Positions 60,625 to 64,000 of a stretch of DNA of 64,000 bases are shown here, in pieces. The notes beneath the pieces are model-generated. The model was not told the origin of the DNA. It made no database searches and saw only the letters and a list, made by a program, of their open reading frames with translations. The DNA is from Botryllus schlosseri (Eukaryota). The DNA is taken from positions 310,001-374,000 of the forward strand of contig CM119375.1 of assembly GCA_051294905.1 (NCBI GenBank), read 5' to 3'. The translations under genes and the position numbers were made by a program. Each line of letters starts with the position of its first letter. Positions within the stretch are counted from its first letter, which is position 1.

Positions 60625-63600
60625 GACTATGGTGATATTTGTGCCAACGTGCATTACGGCGGCAAGGTATACCCACCACCATTCCCGCGCAAAGTTTTCG
60701 TTGAACTTTTACAGGTCGCAACCAGAACCTACGGCGTAGCCATGGGCTCGCCTCTGAAACCTAATTTGGCTAAGGATATCGTGAGGTCTATCTTCTCTCC
60801 CAGCGTGAGTCCATCAAGCCAGTGTTGTACTGTTGTTCACTGTAGATGATACTATTGTCATATTCAGGAATGAGTCGGAGTGTGATCTATTTCGCATTCG
60901 CTTAAACTCGCTTCACCCTGCCCTTCGATTCGCAGTCGAAAAAGAACACAATACCTCATTATCATTTTGGACATTTTAGTCGAAAAGCACAATACCAACC
61001 AATTTGAAACGTCTGTTTCCAGGAAACCAACGCAGAAAAATCAACCTCATGATGTGATGTGATGATGTAGAAAATTATACCTTTTAAGTGAACACAAAGA
61101 AAAATAATGGCAGTTCTACATGCTTTGTACTACATGCTGCTATGCATGTTTTGACCCGTCCAAATCAGGTTTCAGGCTATATTATGAGAAAGAGTATCAA
61201 AACCATGATTCTCGTTGACAATATAAAGTATTTTGACCAGGGCTGCGGAGTCGGAGTTTCGCTAATTTTTCCCTTAATGGAATCGGAGTCTCAAAATTTG
61301 TTAGCACTTCTTGGAGTCGTGAAAAAATACTAACTGGAGTCGGGGTCGGAGTTCGTGAAAATGCTCCTGACTCCGACTCCAACTCCTTTAATATGAAAAC
61401 AATTGCTTTCAAAGTTTTTAAATTACTCATTATAAATAAAATAGGATTTGTATCCACAATCACTGTTATTATAAACGATATCGATAAAATTGGACATTAT
61501 TTTGCAAATTGCAATTAAGTTGCATAGAAGATGAAAGTTGCAAGAGGCATTTTCGTGGCTAACGCAAAATTGCCGATGCAATCACAAATTGGTGCAATTT
61601 TTGGAATTATGCTATGATATTGTGAAAAAGTAAATATATCGTTTGGTTTTGTAAGTGACAGTATAACTTGTAAAATTGATGCAAATATAACGAAACGCTG
61701 CTTCCAACTTGACAAAATCAAAAATAATTCTAGTAAATAATAGCCCAGCCGCTTGGGTCGAGCAATTCTTTAATAGAAAGTGCAAAGTATAGTCTTAGTC
61801 CACGAATACTTGACTAAGTTCATGTAGACATATACTATTTGACTATTCCCTAAATTCAGGGGTGAGTAACGAAGTAGGCTACTTCCACTTTTTCGAAGTA
61901 CTCAAGTAGTTTTACTCTACTTTTGGTACTCAAGTAGATCGTTTTTTTTTCGCTATTGCTACTTCGTAATATTTTGTAAACTACTTACTTACTTTTCGCT
62001 ATTTTCAGTTTTCAATAAGAAAGATAGCCTACGGAATTTCGGGGCTGTTTTCACGAGTACCAACATTTAATTTTCATCAAAGTCATGTAATACCCAGAAT
62101 TTACGTTGTACTTCGCGCACTGTAGATATGGAGTCACGAATATGTTTTAACGAAAGTATCGCTGAATATAATTTAGATACCGGGTTGCGTGGTTCCGTTC
62201 ACACCACATTGACGCCTAGCTCCGTTTGCAGCTGTTATCAGTCCATGCGAACGAATTACGATTGTTTTCACAGCTACTTGCTTACTTGAGGAGATTTGAA
62301 GTCAGTCAATTATATTTCAAGTAGATTTAGGTTGCTTATGTATAAAAAGTACTTCTGCTGTACTTGAGTAGACTTTTTTCGTCGCTACTTCTACTTGAGT
62401 AGCTTTCTTGACTACTTTGACCATATCTGCCTAATTTTCACTTCTGAACATCCTTTATTAGTATAGTGACTATCGTGACAGAGCGAGTGCTTGTCATCAG
62501 CATAGTGTGTATAATGTATAGTGAGAAAATCTGTACAGCTCCGGATAAATTGCTGACTTATACACAAGAGCAACACTTTTATTGTTTTTATGGACATATT
62601 TTAATTATACAGGATGGCATATATATCATGTTTGGATGTTTCGTACAAATTAGAGAATATCCGTGGCTTGTCTTGTTATAAAAACTTGAATCATATGAAA
62701 AAGGAAAGATATTTCGAAATAAATACTTCAATACCATTTGTACAGTGAGTATTTCGAGCTATGCCACAATGAAACAATTTCGCATGCCTTCGCGAATAAT
62801 CGTTAGGTTATATATGAAAGTCATTAATCCATCACTGTCACATATAATTTGCGAAGTAAATTTGTGGTTTAGGCCTACTATTGGAGTCGGAGTTCTGTGA
62901 ATAAAATAGTCGGAGTTGGAGTCGGTATATTGACAATATCTGGAGTCGGAATTGAAGTTACAGTCGGTGGTAAAATTTACCAACTCCCGATTTTGACACG
63001 CCCAATTCAGGTGGGCGGATTTAATATTTTCAAATCCAAATCCTGTTTGAGATTCAATCCAGGTCCAAATCTGGTTGTCACTATAATTTCATGATAATCG
63101 AATCATTAGGAAAATATACCTGAAAACCGTCCATTGGTATGTCCGTGTATGACGTTCTACTGACTTTCATATAGGCCTACCTCACTTGGATTGGGTTGAA
63201 TATATTGTATATTATGCTCGCGATAATTCATTTTTACTTTTGAGCTGTAGCAAAATTTTGTTTTAGGGGAATTTAATATTAGGCGATATTGTCTGATGTC
63301 AAACGACTGCAGAAAACTGATTGCAGCATCTGCCATGGTTTCGTCTGCAAGTATGCATAATGTATTTATTGTATATGTTTGTTTTGTCATTCTTCATGCA
63401 TGCGAGATGTTGGTGACTATAAATAGTATCTACCGAATACATATTTAAATACATCATTCGCTAAAAACATGTGTATCGAGAACTAGAAGTATTAGATATC
63501 CCTGGCTAAATACTCCATTCCGCGATGAAGTCTGTTTCAAATTTGAAGTATACTTTCGACAACAAAGCGATTCCAAGGAGTCATCCTGGAGCCTAACAAT

Positions 63601-63744
63601 CGGATAAGACGCGATAACGCCCTAATCCCAATCTCTGAGAGGGGCTAGAGCGCCTTTTACCCCTCTGGCTACGCCACTGGTGACAATTTCTTCTCTTTAT
63701 CCCACGAGCAGAAGAGAGCTATTAAGTGCGACATCTGTCAAAAC

Positions 63745-64000
63745 GTATTTTATTAATTTCAAAAACTGCAAATGGTACTGAAAAGGAAAGTGAATAATTT
63801 AGAAGATGAGGCGCATGATCGATCATGTACTGTATGAACGTAATTGCTTCTGCTGTCTGGGAGGCGTCTCGATAAGAGCCAGTTTACGACGAAGCCTTGC
63901 TCTGTAGGTATCGAGACTTGAGCTTCAATTCCCTGCGAAATTCGCCTGCGGTGTTGCGATCGATCGGGGCTTGAAACGGGCGTTGTAGACTGGCTTGTTT
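63745..64000 (-). other. Probable terminal exon and 3' UTR of a gene entering from the right edge
   Basis: CpG-rich, open minus-strand frames (e.g. KQASLQRPFQAPIDRNTAGEFRRELKLKSRYLQSKASS*) followed by AATAAA at about 63750; frame and identity unresolved. Confidence 0.4.

Larger units (their letters stand above)
58700..61030 (+). mobile_element. Disrupted Penelope-like element (PLE) reverse transcriptase remnant
   Basis: In order: EIRITKPDKESVVVL, GSQRPRMY.GLPKTHKNVP, MIGSAQHHLAK, RDSFTF, PPFPRKVFVELL, YGVAMGSPL, VDDT, LHPALRFAVEKE..LSFLDILV, RKPT; split by DNA-transposon insertions. Confidence 0.8.

Overview
Animal genomic DNA, AT-rich, with short GT-AG introns (minimum about 49-60 nt) and no evident CpG depletion. 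This points to a tunicate/ascidian-like invertebrate chordate, which is an inference. Seven conserved genes can be reconstructed by hand: NDRG (intronless), PLGRKT (4 coding exons), FKBP8 (intronless, with a repeat-expanded N-terminus), CCDC174 (5 exons) and a PLPP/PAP2 lipid phosphatase (7 exons) on the minus strand, and MOB3 (7 exons) and CEP20/FOPNL (intronless) on the plus strand. There is also a decayed tandem PLPP copy and probably the 3' end of a gene entering from the right edge. Most of the remaining sequence is transposon-derived: many non-autonomous hAT/MITE families with verifiable 8-bp TSDs, CR1/L2-group LINE fragments, a tRNA-derived SINE, and a disrupted Penelope-like element. 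Best leads: a possible trans-spliced operon-like run CCDC174-FKBP8-PLGRKT; 37-60 bp palindromic micro-insertions with 8-bp TSDs; an inverted pair of GATACAGCT satellite arms; a telomere-like G-rich DNA element in an intron; the FKBP8 repeat expansion without a canonical LIR; and the duplicated PLPP 3' end. No CRISPR, rRNA or true tRNA gene was seen. Coordinates were read by eye, and repeat boundaries may be off by a few bases.
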